DNA of 64,000 bases from the human T2T-CHM13v2.0 reference genome, Homo sapiens (GCF_009914755.1 NC_060930.1); one strand, 5' to 3'; counted from the first letter of the stretch, positions 29,000 to 41,997 are shown. Numbers and translations are program-made. The notes: a model not told the origin generated them from the letters alone.

Positions 29000-30197
29000 C
29001 TGTCTTATTCTTTGTTTTGTCTATGCTTGGGATTTTTTTTTTTAATGTCAACAATCTTGTATTACCAAATGTGCAGGATTAACACTTTAACATGGCTAAC
29101 AGCAGAAACAGCACCGCTAACAAGCTCAAGTGTGGAGGTGCAGACCCAATAAGTATTGTCTCTTAGAAAAGGATTGAAAAGATACAGATATCTGCTTAAG
29201 TATTTTTTGTTTTTAAATAAAATTTTCCAGTGTTGCAGAAAAAATATCCCAAAGTGATTTCAGTTCATAAAAAAGCAGCATTAGGCAGCCTGTGCTGCCT
29301 TATAAACCCCAACTCAGGATAACCATAGGAGAAAACCCCTGAAACATTAAAAAAAAAAATCACCGTTTCTTCTCGTCCTTCTCCAGCTTCAACTGCTTAT
29401 TCCACGAAATACCTAATAACAGGATAAGCAAGACCTAGCTCACTTCTGTCAGCCTCTTGTCTGTTTGTTAAGGTTAATCCTTCACATCTACAACAATCAG
29501 TAAATTGATTTCTAATTTCTGGCTCAGATTTCTAGAAACTTGCAAAACATGTTTTCTTCAAGGATGGGGCTGAGGGTTCCTTGAAAAATCAAGGGGGCAG
29601 GGTACCCGCCTGAGACTGGAATGCCTCCCAGACCCTTTCTAAGCAAAAGCATCCCAATACCTTACAACTGAAAGTCTAACCTACCAGGTAAGAAAAAGTA
29701 GCAAATGGGCACCAAACTGTGGCTGTACCAAAAAGGTGAATATCTCCTCCTCTTAACTATAAAGGTAAGGGAGTTGACAGGAGCCAAGTATTTCACCTTA
29801 TCTGTCTTTAGAGTTTGCATAGTTTGGGCTAAAGCCATATTGCAGAGAAAAACATTCAGTCAAAGGATAGGGGTGGCTTTTGCTGTATCTGGTAAAGCTG
29901 CCATTCCTGGGCAGCCGAATTCGTTGCTCTTTTATAGAAGCTCTTTTGCCTTATACAAAGTACTTAAGAATTAATAGGGAAATTTTAAATTTGACTTAAT
30001 AACTGACAAACTTAAAGATATACAAAAAGGCGGTGTATAAATCCACACAGTATTCAAGCTTTTTTAGTAACCATGTTTCTTTTAAAAATCTGAAATTAGT
30101 GCTAGTGAGTTCTTATTGAGACAATATGAAGCCCTTTGCACTGTAAATATTTTATATTTTTGGAGAGACATTTGATGATATCTAAGAGTAAAAATGA

Positions 30198-30382
30198 ATA
30201 TATATGTGTGTGTATATATATACACACACATATATGTGTAATATATGTGTGTGTATATATATACACACACATATATGTGTATGTGTGTATATATACACGT
30301 GTGTGTATATATACACACACACACATATATGTGTATGTGTGTGTATATATACACACACACATATATATGGTGTATATATATA
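30198..30382. repeat. Compound (TA)n/(TG)n/(CA)n microsatellite
   Basis: Alternating purine-pyrimidine tract with self-complementary units such as atatatgtgtgtgtatatatatacacacacatatat. Confidence 0.95.
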
Positions 30383-30799
30383 CCATCTTCAACTCAGTGA
30401 ACCTGTGTTTTAAAATGTATCGTAAAGAAGGAATAGAAGAGGGGAAGAAAAGCATTATTTATATAGCATTGTTAATTTTTTTCAAATTAAGAACATGATA
30501 ATATCTACAAGGATAAATTCATTCCCAAATAGTTAATTGTATGTAACATACAACTCGATGTAGTGTATCATACCTCAGCCTCTTTTTGGAGTGAATCTGT
30601 TACTCATTCATGAAGGAAAGAACTCTTACCAACGGGTGGTCAAGTAGAGACTGGTGATCTCCTGCGATGTTAGAGGGGTAAGGTGTAGGGGCTCTGTTAA
30701 GAGGAGGTGTTCACATATTTTCTTACTATACTTAACACAGCCCCTATAAAGTAGATATCTATTCTTTATTGTTGTGATACTGCACAGATATGTTCTTTT

Positions 30800-31469
30800 C
30801 CCCCTCAAGTCTGGTACTTACTGCCAACTTTGTAATAGAGGAAATAACCGACGTAGAAGTATAATAGTTGAGCTAAGTTTGACCTTTGTGCTGCCTGCAT
30901 AATTAACGCATTCCAAATGTGAAGAGTCCCTCCTGTTACTGATTTGTAATTCTCCCCCTTTGTATGGTATTAAAGTGATTTAAACAAATCTCTATTGTTG
31001 AGCAGTGCAATAAATTTAACTCTGAATGGTTTTTATTCTCTTTATCTCATTTGTCCCCTTTCCAAAAAGATAGGTTTAAATTACATAGTCTGGAGTTAAA
31101 ATAGTATCAAGGTCAGGAGGACTTCACTTAAGCAAGTTTAATTAGGGCAATTTGGGGTTGGGATGGGAGGAATTTGAATGTGATGTAAAATCAGGCTCGA
31201 AGAGATTTCTGAGTATGATCATGGATTTTATGCCAAAATTTCAGAACCATTTGGGGTTAAATTTATTCCATTTCTCAACAGTAGGGATTGGTTTAAATCA
31301 CTTTAATACCACACAAAAAGGAAAATTACAAGGCAGGACTAGTAGGGAGTTTTTCACATTTGTTATGTGATGATTATGCTGGCAGCACAAAGGTCAAACT
31401 CAGCTTAACTACTTCTAGATCAGTTATTTCCTCTGTTATAAAGTTGGCATTAAGTTTCAGACTTGGGGG
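30800..31469. repeat. Long inverted repeat (arms ~30800-31033 and ~31243-31469)
   Basis: Perfect blocks: 30965-30985 is the reverse complement of 31291-31311 (21 bp); 30876-30895 is the reverse complement of 31381-31400 (20 bp). The arms are alignable end to end. Confidence 0.9.
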
Positions 31470-32239
31470 TAAAAATGAGAATGGCACCTAGTACCTAGTT
31501 CTGGAATATAGGTGGGAAGAAAAAACATACTGGAGGTGCTTCTGTTGTTGGGGCTCTTGAATGTTCAGCATGAGAGCTCTGGAAACTCTGAAGGCAATGT
31601 AGAGCTTGATTTAATGTAGAAATGGATTTTTGAGTTGAAGGAAGTGTGTTGTCAGGAGGAGCAGGAGTTCAAAAAAAGATGCATGCTTGGAAATCTTACC
31701 TTTGAGAAACATCTCAAATGCAGTCTTAGTTATTCTAATTGTAGATTGTTGACCAAGAGGTTGTTCAATGATAGAACCTCAAGTCATCACTTACCTTCCA
31801 AGTTATTTTCCAGCACATATAAACATGGTCAGATCTCTGTTGATTTTTCCCTCTTCTGTCCCCTTCCTTCTCTTCACTTTCCTCCATTAAACTTAAAAGC
31901 GACTACAATTATTGTCATTCTTCATTTACTTACTTCTTAACTCCTTCTCATCTGATTCTCTGCTTTGTGTGTCAAACTAGTGGATTTCTCTCCTTTATTC
32001 GTTCTTTGTGTAGCAGTTAACCTTCCTGATTCCCACTACTTTGAAATTTTTGTGATGTTGCTTTACCTTGATGCATCTTTTGTCTGATCTTTTTCCTTCA
32101 TGTCTTCAATATATCAAAAAAGTGAAGTCAGTATGTTACTTCCAAATTTGTTCTTTCCAACTTCTCTGTTTGGTCAATAGAAACATTTTCTCTCACTCAT
32201 CAAGGTTTAAGTTCTCCCAGTCTGTCTTTTCTCATAATT

Positions 32240-33590
32240 CTTTTATTCAGCAAATATTTTCTGGAATACCTACTATACACAAGGTTGTTATTCTAGGTTC
32301 TGGGGATTCAGCCACAAATAGGAGACAAAGGTCCTTACCTGTGCAGCTTACACTCTAGTGGAGAAGACTGTCAGATACTTAATGTCATATAGAGAAACAT
32401 TTTAAAGGATAAAGTATGCTAAGGATCCATAGGCAGTAATGGGAATATGTGCTGTTTTGCATAAGGTGGTTAGGGAAGGTTTCTCTGAGAAGGTGACATG
32501 TAAGTAAAACCTGAAGGAAGGGAAAGAATGAGTTATGGGTATTTGGGAGAAGAGCCTTCATGCAGCGGGAATAGCAAGTGCAAAAACCTGGAGATGGGCT
32601 TATGCTTCCCTATGTTCAGGAAAAGCCAGTGTGACTGGAGGAGAGTGAATCAGCAGGGGGAGGAGATGAAGTCAAAGAAGTTGGCAGGAGAAGATCTTGT
32701 TATAGGACCCTGTGGGCCCTGGCTAGGATTTTGGGCTTTATGTCTAAATGTGTTGGGAAGGTTTTAGAGGATTTTGAACAGAAGAATATTAACGTGATCT
32801 GACTTAATATTTTAGAAGGATCACAGTGATAACTGTGTGGAGAATAAACTGTCAGGGGAGAGGGGATGGCAGTAGAGAAACCTGGGACACTAGGAGGCTG
32901 TTACAGTCTTAGATGAGAGATGTGATTTGGGAGTAGCATGTTAGCTGGTCAGATGTGTGATACATTTTGAAGATAAAGCTAGCAGGATATGCCGATAGCT
33001 TGGATGTGTCAGATATGGGGAGAGGAGCTAAGGACAGTTCTAGAGTTTTAGAATTGAACTAGGTGATTTGGAGGTTCCATTTACTCTGAATACCTTGGGA
33101 GGAACAGTTTTTTGAGGGGGAGGGAGGATTGGTAGAATCAGTGTTTATTTTTGGTATGTTAACTTTGAGGTACTTATTAGACAACTTAATGAAGATGTCA
33201 GATTACACTCTTCTGAAGGTCTCATGAGCTTCGGGCTGGAGAAGATACCTATGGGAATCATTAGAGTATAGATGGGCCTGGATAAGATCACCTTAGGGAT
33301 AAGTGAGTGTGAAGGGATGAGTGAGTATGAGTGTAGATAAAGAAGAAAGATGGGGGGACTGAACTGTTGTATCCTTCAGTATGTAGATGTCTGCAGGAAG
33401 AGAAGGCTTTATCAAAGGCTGTTGACAAGTGGCTAGGGAAATGGGAGGATGTGGTATCCCAGAAGTGAAGTGAAAAAAAAGGAGATTCAGAAAGTGGAGA
33501 GGAATCAGCTGTGTCAGATGCTGCTAGGAAATGGAATAATTTAAAACCTGATAATTGACCTTTGGATTTGGCTTGCGAAATCCTGTTGAT
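32240..33590 (-). mobile_element. L2 fragment
   Basis: ttcagcaaatattt...ggtggttagggaagg...agaaggtgacat...ggaatcagctgtgtcagatgctgct are antisense L2 3'-end motifs. Confidence 0.75.
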
Positions 33591-33935
33591 TCTGCTTTGT
33601 AATACAGCTCTAAAATTCATTACATGACTTCACTCCCTGTCAACAAACACTATTCATCAGGCTTTCCTTCTGGTCTGTTTTTCTATTTTGGATGGTTCTT
33701 TTTTTCTCCTGTTTACATTGTAGAATACATGCTCATTATAGAAAACTTGGAAAAGTCAGAGAAAGTATAATGAAGGTTAAAAAACAACAGCAATGGCAAA
33801 ATTCCTTACAACTAAATCACTGATTGAACAGTCTGTTGTGTTTTTCCTATTAATGTTTCTTATGCATCTTTGTAATGCATATACTATATATATATGCTTT
33901 TCTACAGAATTAATGAAAAGTAGTCTTAAAATTTA

Positions 33936-34310
<375 letters not shown>

Positions 34311-34874
34311 GCAACAGAAACCTGAGGATGTATGTGAATGTGTGGCAACCAATATTCCATCATGGTGGAATAGCCTAACTGGAGTTCCTACCTGTCTTTA
34401 CACAAATTATATCTTAAATTAATCCTGATTAATTTTTCTAAAGCATATTCTCCTCCAAACTTTTAGCGCATAGCATAATGGTTAAAAGCGTGGGCTCTAT
34501 TTTTACTTTTATAATACATGCTTATAGCAGGAAATTTGGAAAATAGGAAAAAGGTATATTCTTATCTGTTTATGGATAAGAATTACTGTGTATGATTACT
34601 GGTATAATTTTCATCTGTTTTCTGCCAATCTTTTTTTTTTTTCTATCTAAATGTACATATGCATGCATTTTATTTGTGTGTTTGTTTCTAACAAGGATCA
34701 CACTGTTTTCTGGTCAGCATTTTCTTCATAATCCATTCTTTCCTCTCTTTAAATTTATTTTGATCAAAGCATATGAGCAGTTTCATGATTCTGTTTGTTG
34801 TCAAATTGCTCTTCAAAAAGATTGTGTCATTTAAAGGTAAACTTATGAAGAATTTTGTTCTCTTTAAATTTTAG

Positions 34875-35067
34875 GATAGACCACTATCTTGTTGAGCTCT
34901 TTTAAATGAAGTTCTACTTGGACACAAAGATGAGGACTAGATAACTCCTTGAGGTTCCTTCTAACCCCTAGGATGAAGATAATAACTAACATTTGTATAG
35001 TGCTCTAAAGTTTACAGAGTGAGTTCTCATACATCATCTCACTTGATCCTCACAACAGCCCTGTGAG
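34875..35067 (+). other. Candidate alternative stop-containing exon, largely MIR-derived
   Basis: Acceptor ttttgttctctttaaattttag|G and consensus donor GAG|gtaggt; 193 nt; in-frame TAG at its second codon after the phase-1 junction. Confidence 0.55.
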
Positions 35068-35200
35068 GTAGGTAGGACAGGTATTGTTATTCTCATTTTA
35101 GAGGTAAAGAAACTGATAGAGAGGTTAAGTGACTTGATAAAGGTGTTTTTTTTTTTTTTTAAACGTTCTAGTAAGGATTTGAATCCAGACTTGCTGGTCT
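34975..35200 (-). mobile_element. MIR
   Basis: aataactaacatttgtatagtgct...tcctcacaacagccctgtgaggtagg...aaactgatagagaggttaagtgacttg. Confidence 0.8.
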
Positions 35201-36046
35201 AAATAATCACGTTCTTTTTGGCAAGATTTCATACAACTGCACATTTAGAATTACTGATACATGTTGGCTAAGTGGCATTTGTTCTACACAGAAATAAACC
35301 TAATGACAATATGAGTACGGTGTTACTATTTCTTTGACTGTTCCTGAGTCTTTTTACATTCTTTCTCCACCCCACAAATTAAATACATGAGTCTGTCTCT
35401 CTTTTGACTAGGAGAAGGTAATGTAATTATATAGCTATATTAAACATCTACTATTTTCTCCAGCATTTGGGGGAAGGGGAAGTTACATTATGTTTTTCAT
35501 TTTTTTCCTCTCTCTGTTTTTTTCCGTTTCTTCCTGTTTTTTTTTTCTTTTGGTACCAGTCAAAAGTACATCTGCATTGCTTGCTTTCATACATGTAGCA
35601 TAAAGTCTGTAGTAGAGTATTGGGATCCCAGTTAGAAGTAGAATTTTTGATTCTAGCATGAACCTAGAATCTTTCAGGGTATGGAACTCCTGTACTACCT
35701 TAACCAAAATTGTGATACTTGAGTACTCCAGGTATAGTCACCTATGTCTTTCACAAGGGGTCAGCAAGTAATAAATGGAAGTGATATTTGAGGCTAAATC
35801 AGGAAAGAGTATAATATAGCTAATACTCTCTTTGACTAATTACTTTACAAGGTGGAAGTTTATAAAACTGACTTGATTTGGGAGTTTGGTAGTGGCAATT
35901 TCACATGTTAGAAAATTTCACATTCCAGATTTTCAAGAGTATGTAGTGTTACATTAAGACTATCTCACAGTATTTTCTGTACTGCCTTTAATTGCCTAAC
36001 ATTCCCAATATTTTTAAAAGTTAATTTTTTTGTCGTTTTTTTCTAG

Positions 36047-36208
36047 TTGTTGGTCTTGACGATATTATGGATGAAGGAGTTGTTAAAGAAAGTGGCAATG
36101 ATACCATTGATGAAGAAGAACTGATTTTACCTAACAGGAACTTAAGGGACAAGGTAGAAGAAAATTCAGTGAGATCTCCAAGAAAATCACCTCGTTTAAT
36201 GGCACAAG
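36047..36208 (+). CDS. PHF3: PHF3 coding exon 2, aa 82-136 (not in the ORF track)
   Basis: Acceptor ttttttctag|TTG; VVGLDDIMDEGVVKES...SPRKSPRLMAQ; donor AAG|gtaatc; 162 nt, phase 1-1. Confidence 0.95.
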
Positions 36209-36369
36209 GTAATCCTTTGAGAGAGGTCTAGCTAGAAAATTAGAGGTATAGGGACAGATGTGTTAGGTTATAAACCTGCTGAGCAGAAATCATATTTTCT
36301 TGATGTTTTGCTAATCCATTCGTTTTGATGGCAATCAGTTTTGAGATCATATCAATTTGTTGTATAAGT

Positions 36370-38620
36370 TTTCAGTACCCACCACCCCACACTACCCATT
36401 TCTCCTTCCCCAGGGGAAACCACTAGTAACTCTGAGCTGGTTTAATTTTTTTTTTTTTTTTTTTTTTTGGTATTTACCTTTATAGCTCTAGGTAACATGC
36501 ATATGTTGCTGTTTTTTGATTATTCTGATTTATTATTCATCCATCTATTGACTTCCCACTGTGGATGGTTTTCTTCCTGCTACTTGTCCCCATCATATAA
36601 TTTTGTTAGATCAATGGTAATTATGTTAGTATGAGTAATATGCTATTAGAGATGATACATTTAATAAACTACAGTTACTTTTCTTGTATGACTTCTTGTG
36701 TTTCTGATTTAAGTGTTTTAGTTTCTCAGTTGTTTAGTGTGTACATACCAGCAGTTATACTAAAACTGCTCTACCAGTTGTCTAAATCTACCCTAAAGAT
36801 ATTTGTGTATTTCAGGTATTCTGTCATATCCATTTTATTGAAAACACCTCTTGGAGCCTTCTGATCCCCTCTTATGTAGACAGACTCCTGTTAGTCCTAT
36901 GAGCCTGATGCAAAGCTGTTCAGGGATCTCCCTTTACCATTTTTCTGGAAGTCTGTGCTTTGTGCTTTTGTTGTAGTTCCTATTTCCTCTTTCTGGATTC
37001 AATTTTTTTATTTTGGTGATGCACCTCTTCCAGTAGTTTTGTGAGAAAAAGGAGCTGTGAGATACACTTTTTAAACCTTGTATGTTTACCTTGTATTTAG
37101 TCTATTCTCATACTGGAATCATGGTCTGGTTGGATGTAAAATTCAAGGTTGGAAATCATTTTCCTTCAGAAATTCTGAAGGTGTTGCTCCATTTTTTTCT
37201 AACTTCAGGGTTGTTGAGAAGTTTATTTTGATGTGTGTGTGTAGGAGTGTATGTTATCTGATTTCTTCTGGAAGTTTGTGGAATCTTGCTCTTCAGCTTT
37301 GGTGTTTTGATATTTCATGATGATATGTATTGGTTTTGGTGTATTTTGTGTATGGAGCTCAAGACACTCAGTAGATCCTGTTAGTCTGAAAAATGTTATT
37401 GTTCAATTCCGGGAAAATTTTTCAAATTATTTCATTGTTAATTCCTCTCTTTATTTTGTTAGCTCTTGATTTCTGGAACCTTTATTATTTGTTACATAAC
37501 AGGGACTGGTCCCTCTGTTTTCTTTATTTTGCCTACTTCCTACCTCTTTGTAATTTTTCTTTAACGTGCTTAAATTTTCTCATATTTATCCTCCAACTTT
37601 TCAGTCAAGTTTTGTACTTCTGATTCTTAAATGTTCTTTTTGTTGTTGTTTTGAGAATGGTCCTTTCTGTAGTGTTCTATTCATGTTTCATGGATGTAGT
37701 ATCTTCTTTTGTCTTTATTAAGATACTAATGGCGTTTTAAACAGTTTTTGTCTCCTTTCATAGTTTCTGACTTCTCAATGTTGCATTATTTTAAAAAAAA
37801 TGTTTAAAAAGGTTTTGGCCTCCATCTTTCCTAGATGCTCTCCTGAAATGTCTGACCCTTGATTATTGCTCATGTTTAAGGGTAGGGAACTAAAATTATG
37901 AAACTTCTAAGTGTGGGGATTGGGTTTTACCAGCTATGAGCGTCAGTGTATAGCAATCTGGCTGTACTGTTGTTTGGCAGAACCCTTCCTATCAGAATTT
38001 AGGTTATTTTCCATAACTTATTAGATTGCTAGCATATTATGGAAGCCTGTAAGGGAAACTGACTGGGGTTTCTCAGATTTCAGTATATACAAATTCACTT
38101 AATCTTACAAATTTCAATGTACTTTACAGCCAGTCTCAACTGTGCCTCATGTTCTTTAGCCTAGAAACCTTGCTTTACTATCTCCAGAGAATAAGCTACG
38201 AGTTTTGGCTCAGGACTAGGGAAGGGCAGTTGCCCAACAAATGGAGTAGGGGAAAGAGGGATCTAGAAATCTAACTGCTGCTTTTAAAGAGCTTTCAGCC
38301 CTTCTAAGTGTTAAGCATCTGTCTTCATTCCCACTTTAGAATCATCTGGGACCACCAAGTCTTAAGACTTTTGAGGTGTTAATGGTGTTAGTTTTTGCCA
38401 ACACTGCCAGCCTAGTGTTTTATTAATTACTTTTGGGTCTCTTATGTCAAATACTTGGTAATCATCTCTTGTTTGGTTTCCAAAATTTGCTGCTGGTTTT
38501 TCCTCTCTCGTTCTTCCTTGCCTTTTGGACTTTTCAAAAAATGTCCCGCTGTTATAGCTTCAGTAGGGTTTTGAGAAGTGAATAAATTTAGATCCATGTA
38601 TTTATTTCATCATCTTTTCT
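36370..38620 (-). mobile_element. Highly decayed L1 (L1ME-like) fragments
   Basis: T-rich old antisense L1 motifs (ttggaaatcattttccttcagaaattctgaagg); boundaries approximate. Confidence 0.45.
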
Positions 38621-39186
38621 TGATCTATGTTTTTAATACATTTTCAAAATCAGTTATTTGGTATATACGTGTGGCTTTGAGAAATGAAAAGAATAGAATA
38701 AACATTGTAGGAAAATAAAACTTTTTTGCCTATAGAATCAGGCTTCAAACTAAGGCAGGTAATATTTAGAGGAGAAAAAGTGACTTTAGCCTTTGCTTAA
38801 TAAATTGCTTCCTATTGGAAAACCACTTTTTATCTGAAAATCCTTCACAGCTGAATATACTATTCTTTTGTCATTTTTAGCAACCGCTTGGGTGTTAAAA
38901 GATCTTTATTTATTAATGTGTAATAAGTGTTAAAATCCTTCATTTGTTTCATTTCAAGGATGAATAGAGCTGTAAATTACTATAATCTGTCTTTAAAGCT
39001 TTAAAGATCACCTAAATATTGAAACAAAGCTTTATTAAAATTTTAGTTATTTAAAAAAATTTTATAACTGAATATGTGATAAATAGTTCATAACCCACCA
39101 AGTAATTTTTAAAAGTTATTAAGTACTTAACCTAATACTCAGATACTTTGTTGTGTCCTATGGGAATTAGAAAGGGTCTCTAAGAT

Positions 39187-39290
39187 AAGGATGACTATAT
39201 AATTTTATTGTTCAAATTGGGCATACTTTTGAAAATGAAAGTGTGCTATTAATACTAGATCAGAACTACGAGCAACACCTGGACATTTAC
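39187..39290. mobile_element. Decayed MER94-like fragment
   Basis: aggatgactatataattttattgttcaaattgggcatacttttga resembles 2962-3010. Confidence 0.45.
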
Positions 39291-40175
39291 CTTTTTAAAG
39301 ATTCTCACAGTTCAGTGATAAATGACAAATTCAGTTTGTGGGTTGTTTTTGTACTTACTGAATTATTTAGCTCTCTTTCTTTTTAGCTCTTTTCATTTTG
39401 TGTTTCTCCTTTCTCCTGATACAAGGGGGGGATGTATCAGAATAGGGAAATGAAACTCTTTTCATTTAATGGACTATTAGGAGCATTGTGTGGGAAGCTT
39501 TTAAATTTTCATACTTTCCTTATGATACATTTGCTTGGTTTAAGTCTTTTAAATTGTGTTTCTTTTTTGATGAGCTGTATGTGGTACTCTGTGTTGATAT
39601 CATTTCTTAGGAATAGCTTTAATGCTAAAATGGTGACCTAAGGGAAGCACATTGATAAAGGAATTAGAGTCCGTTTGAGGCTGTATTTTGAAACTCGCAC
39701 AGATCCTGGTTTGTGATAGGAGGTTTTTAGTTCAGGTTTCTTTAGCACTGGAATATATTTGGTTTTATATATTTAGAAATATTTAATGTTTAAAAATCCA
39801 TGATGGTCTTGCTTTAATATGGGCATTAATGGTAAAGGAAGCTCATTTTACTTACGTCACTCCTAGGTTACTTTTTATGGAAAAGAGATTTGATGAAAAC
39901 ATTTCTTTTAATAAGGTATAATATTAGTCTGAATTTTTTAGAGGCTTTTCCCCCTGCTAGAATTCAGAGAACTTTGATAAATATAAAATTTGACATATGT
40001 TAAATTATATATATGTGTATATATATCATGTCACCATTATGAGTACTGTTCAATACATTTTTGTTGAGCAAATTATAGCTCAGAATAAAGAAGTGATATA
40101 TTCTAAATTGTATTGAAATAAAAGCACATGACAAAATAGCTAAGTATTTTTATTTATTTTTTCCCCCTGTGATAG

Positions 40176-41958
40176 AACAAGTAAGAAGTTTGCGACAGAG
40201 CACTATTGCCAAGCGTTCAAATGCAGCACCATTAAGTAACACAAAAAAAGCATCTGGGAAGACTGTATCTACTGCTAAAGCAGGAGTGAAACAACCAGAA
40301 AGGAGTCAGGTTAAAGAAGAAGTATGTATGTCACTGAAACCTGAGTACCATAAGGAGAATAGAAGGTGCAGCCGAAATAGCGGACAAATTGAAGTGGTAC
40401 CTGAAGTATCAGTGTCTTCAAGTCATTCTTCAGTGTCATCTTGTCTTGAAATGAAGGATGAAGATGGATTAGATTCTAAGCATAAGTGTAATAATCCGGG
40501 AGAAATAGATGTGCCATCTCATGAATTAAATTGTTCACTTCTTTCAGAGACTTGTGTTACTATTGGAGAAAAGAAAAATGAAGCTTTGATGGAATGTAAA
40601 GCCAAGCCTGTTGGTAGTCCATTGTTTAAGTTTTCAGATAAAGAAGAACATGAACAAAATGATTCCATTTCAGGTAAAACGGGTGAGACTGTTGTTGAAG
40701 AAATGATAGCAACAAGAAAAGTTGAACAAGATTCAAAGGAGACAGTAAAATTATCCCATGAAGATGACCATATTCTTGAGGACGCTGGATCTTCTGATAT
40801 TTCTAGTGATGCTGCTTGTACAAATCCAAATAAGACAGAAAACAGCCTTGTAGGTTTGCCTAGTTGTGTAGATGAAGTGACTGAATGTAATTTGGAATTG
40901 AAGGATACCATGGGTATTGCTGATAAAACTGAGAACACCCTTGAAAGAAATAAAATTGAACCGTTGGGTTATTGTGAAGATGCGGAGTCTAATAGGCAGT
41001 TGGAGAGCACTGAGTTTAATAAATCAAACTTAGAGGTGGTTGATACTAGTACTTTTGGACCGGAAAGTAATATCTTGGAAAATGCTATTTGTGATGTGCC
41101 TGACCAAAATTCAAAACAGTTGAATGCTATAGAAAGTACTAAAATAGAGTCCCATGAAACAGCAAACCTTCAGGATGACAGAAACAGCCAGTCAAGTAGC
41201 GTTTCTTACTTAGAGTCAAAAAGTGTAAAATCCAAACATACAAAACCTGTAATTCATTCTAAGCAAAACATGACCACAGATGCTCCGAAGAAAATTGTTG
41301 CAGCAAAGTATGAAGTAATACATAGCAAAACTAAAGTTAATGTCAAAAGTGTGAAACGAAATACTGATGTACCAGAATCTCAGCAAAATTTTCATAGGCC
41401 AGTCAAAGTCAGAAAAAAACAAATTGATAAGGAGCCAAAGATTCAGAGTTGCAATTCTGGGGTTAAATCTGTGAAAAACCAAGCTCATTCTGTACTGAAA
41501 AAAACATTACAGGATCAAACTTTAGTACAAATTTTCAAGCCCTTAACTCATTCTTTGAGTGATAAGTCACACGCTCATCCTGGTTGCTTGAAAGAACCTC
41601 ATCATCCTGCACAAACTGGACATGTATCACATTCTAGCCAGAAACAGTGTCATAAGCCTCAGCAACAGGCCCCAGCAATGAAAACCAATAGTCACGTGAA
41701 GGAAGAGCTTGAACACCCAGGCGTTGAGCATTTTAAGGAAGAGGATAAACTGAAACTGAAAAAACCTGAGAAGAACCTACAACCCCGCCAAAGAAGAAGC
41801 AGCAAAAGTTTTTCTTTAGATGAGCCACCATTGTTCATTCCAGATAACATAGCTACCATAAGAAGAGAAGGCTCTGATCATAGCTCCTCATTTGAAAGCA
41901 AATATATGTGGACTCCCAGCAAGCAGTGTGGGTTTTGCAAAAAACCACATGGCAACAG
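40176..41958 (+). CDS. PHF3: PHF3 coding exon 3 (1783 nt; disordered N-terminal region and first CxxC of the PHD finger), aa 136-730
   Basis: Inside ORF 40169..41980; acceptor ccccctgtgatag|AA; ends KQCGFCKKPHGNR; donor CAG|gtgtgt; phase 2. Confidence 0.96.
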
Positions 41959-41997
41959 GTGTGTGTGTATGTGTGTATGAGTGATGTGTACATTGAA

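Noticed and set aside
30082-30498. Overlapping ORFs rich in Y/T/H/I/V/C
   Set aside because: Microsatellite translation artefacts.
40519-41488. Antisense ORFs of 139 and 90 aa
   Set aside because: Shadows of the PHF3 coding exon; no independent evidence.
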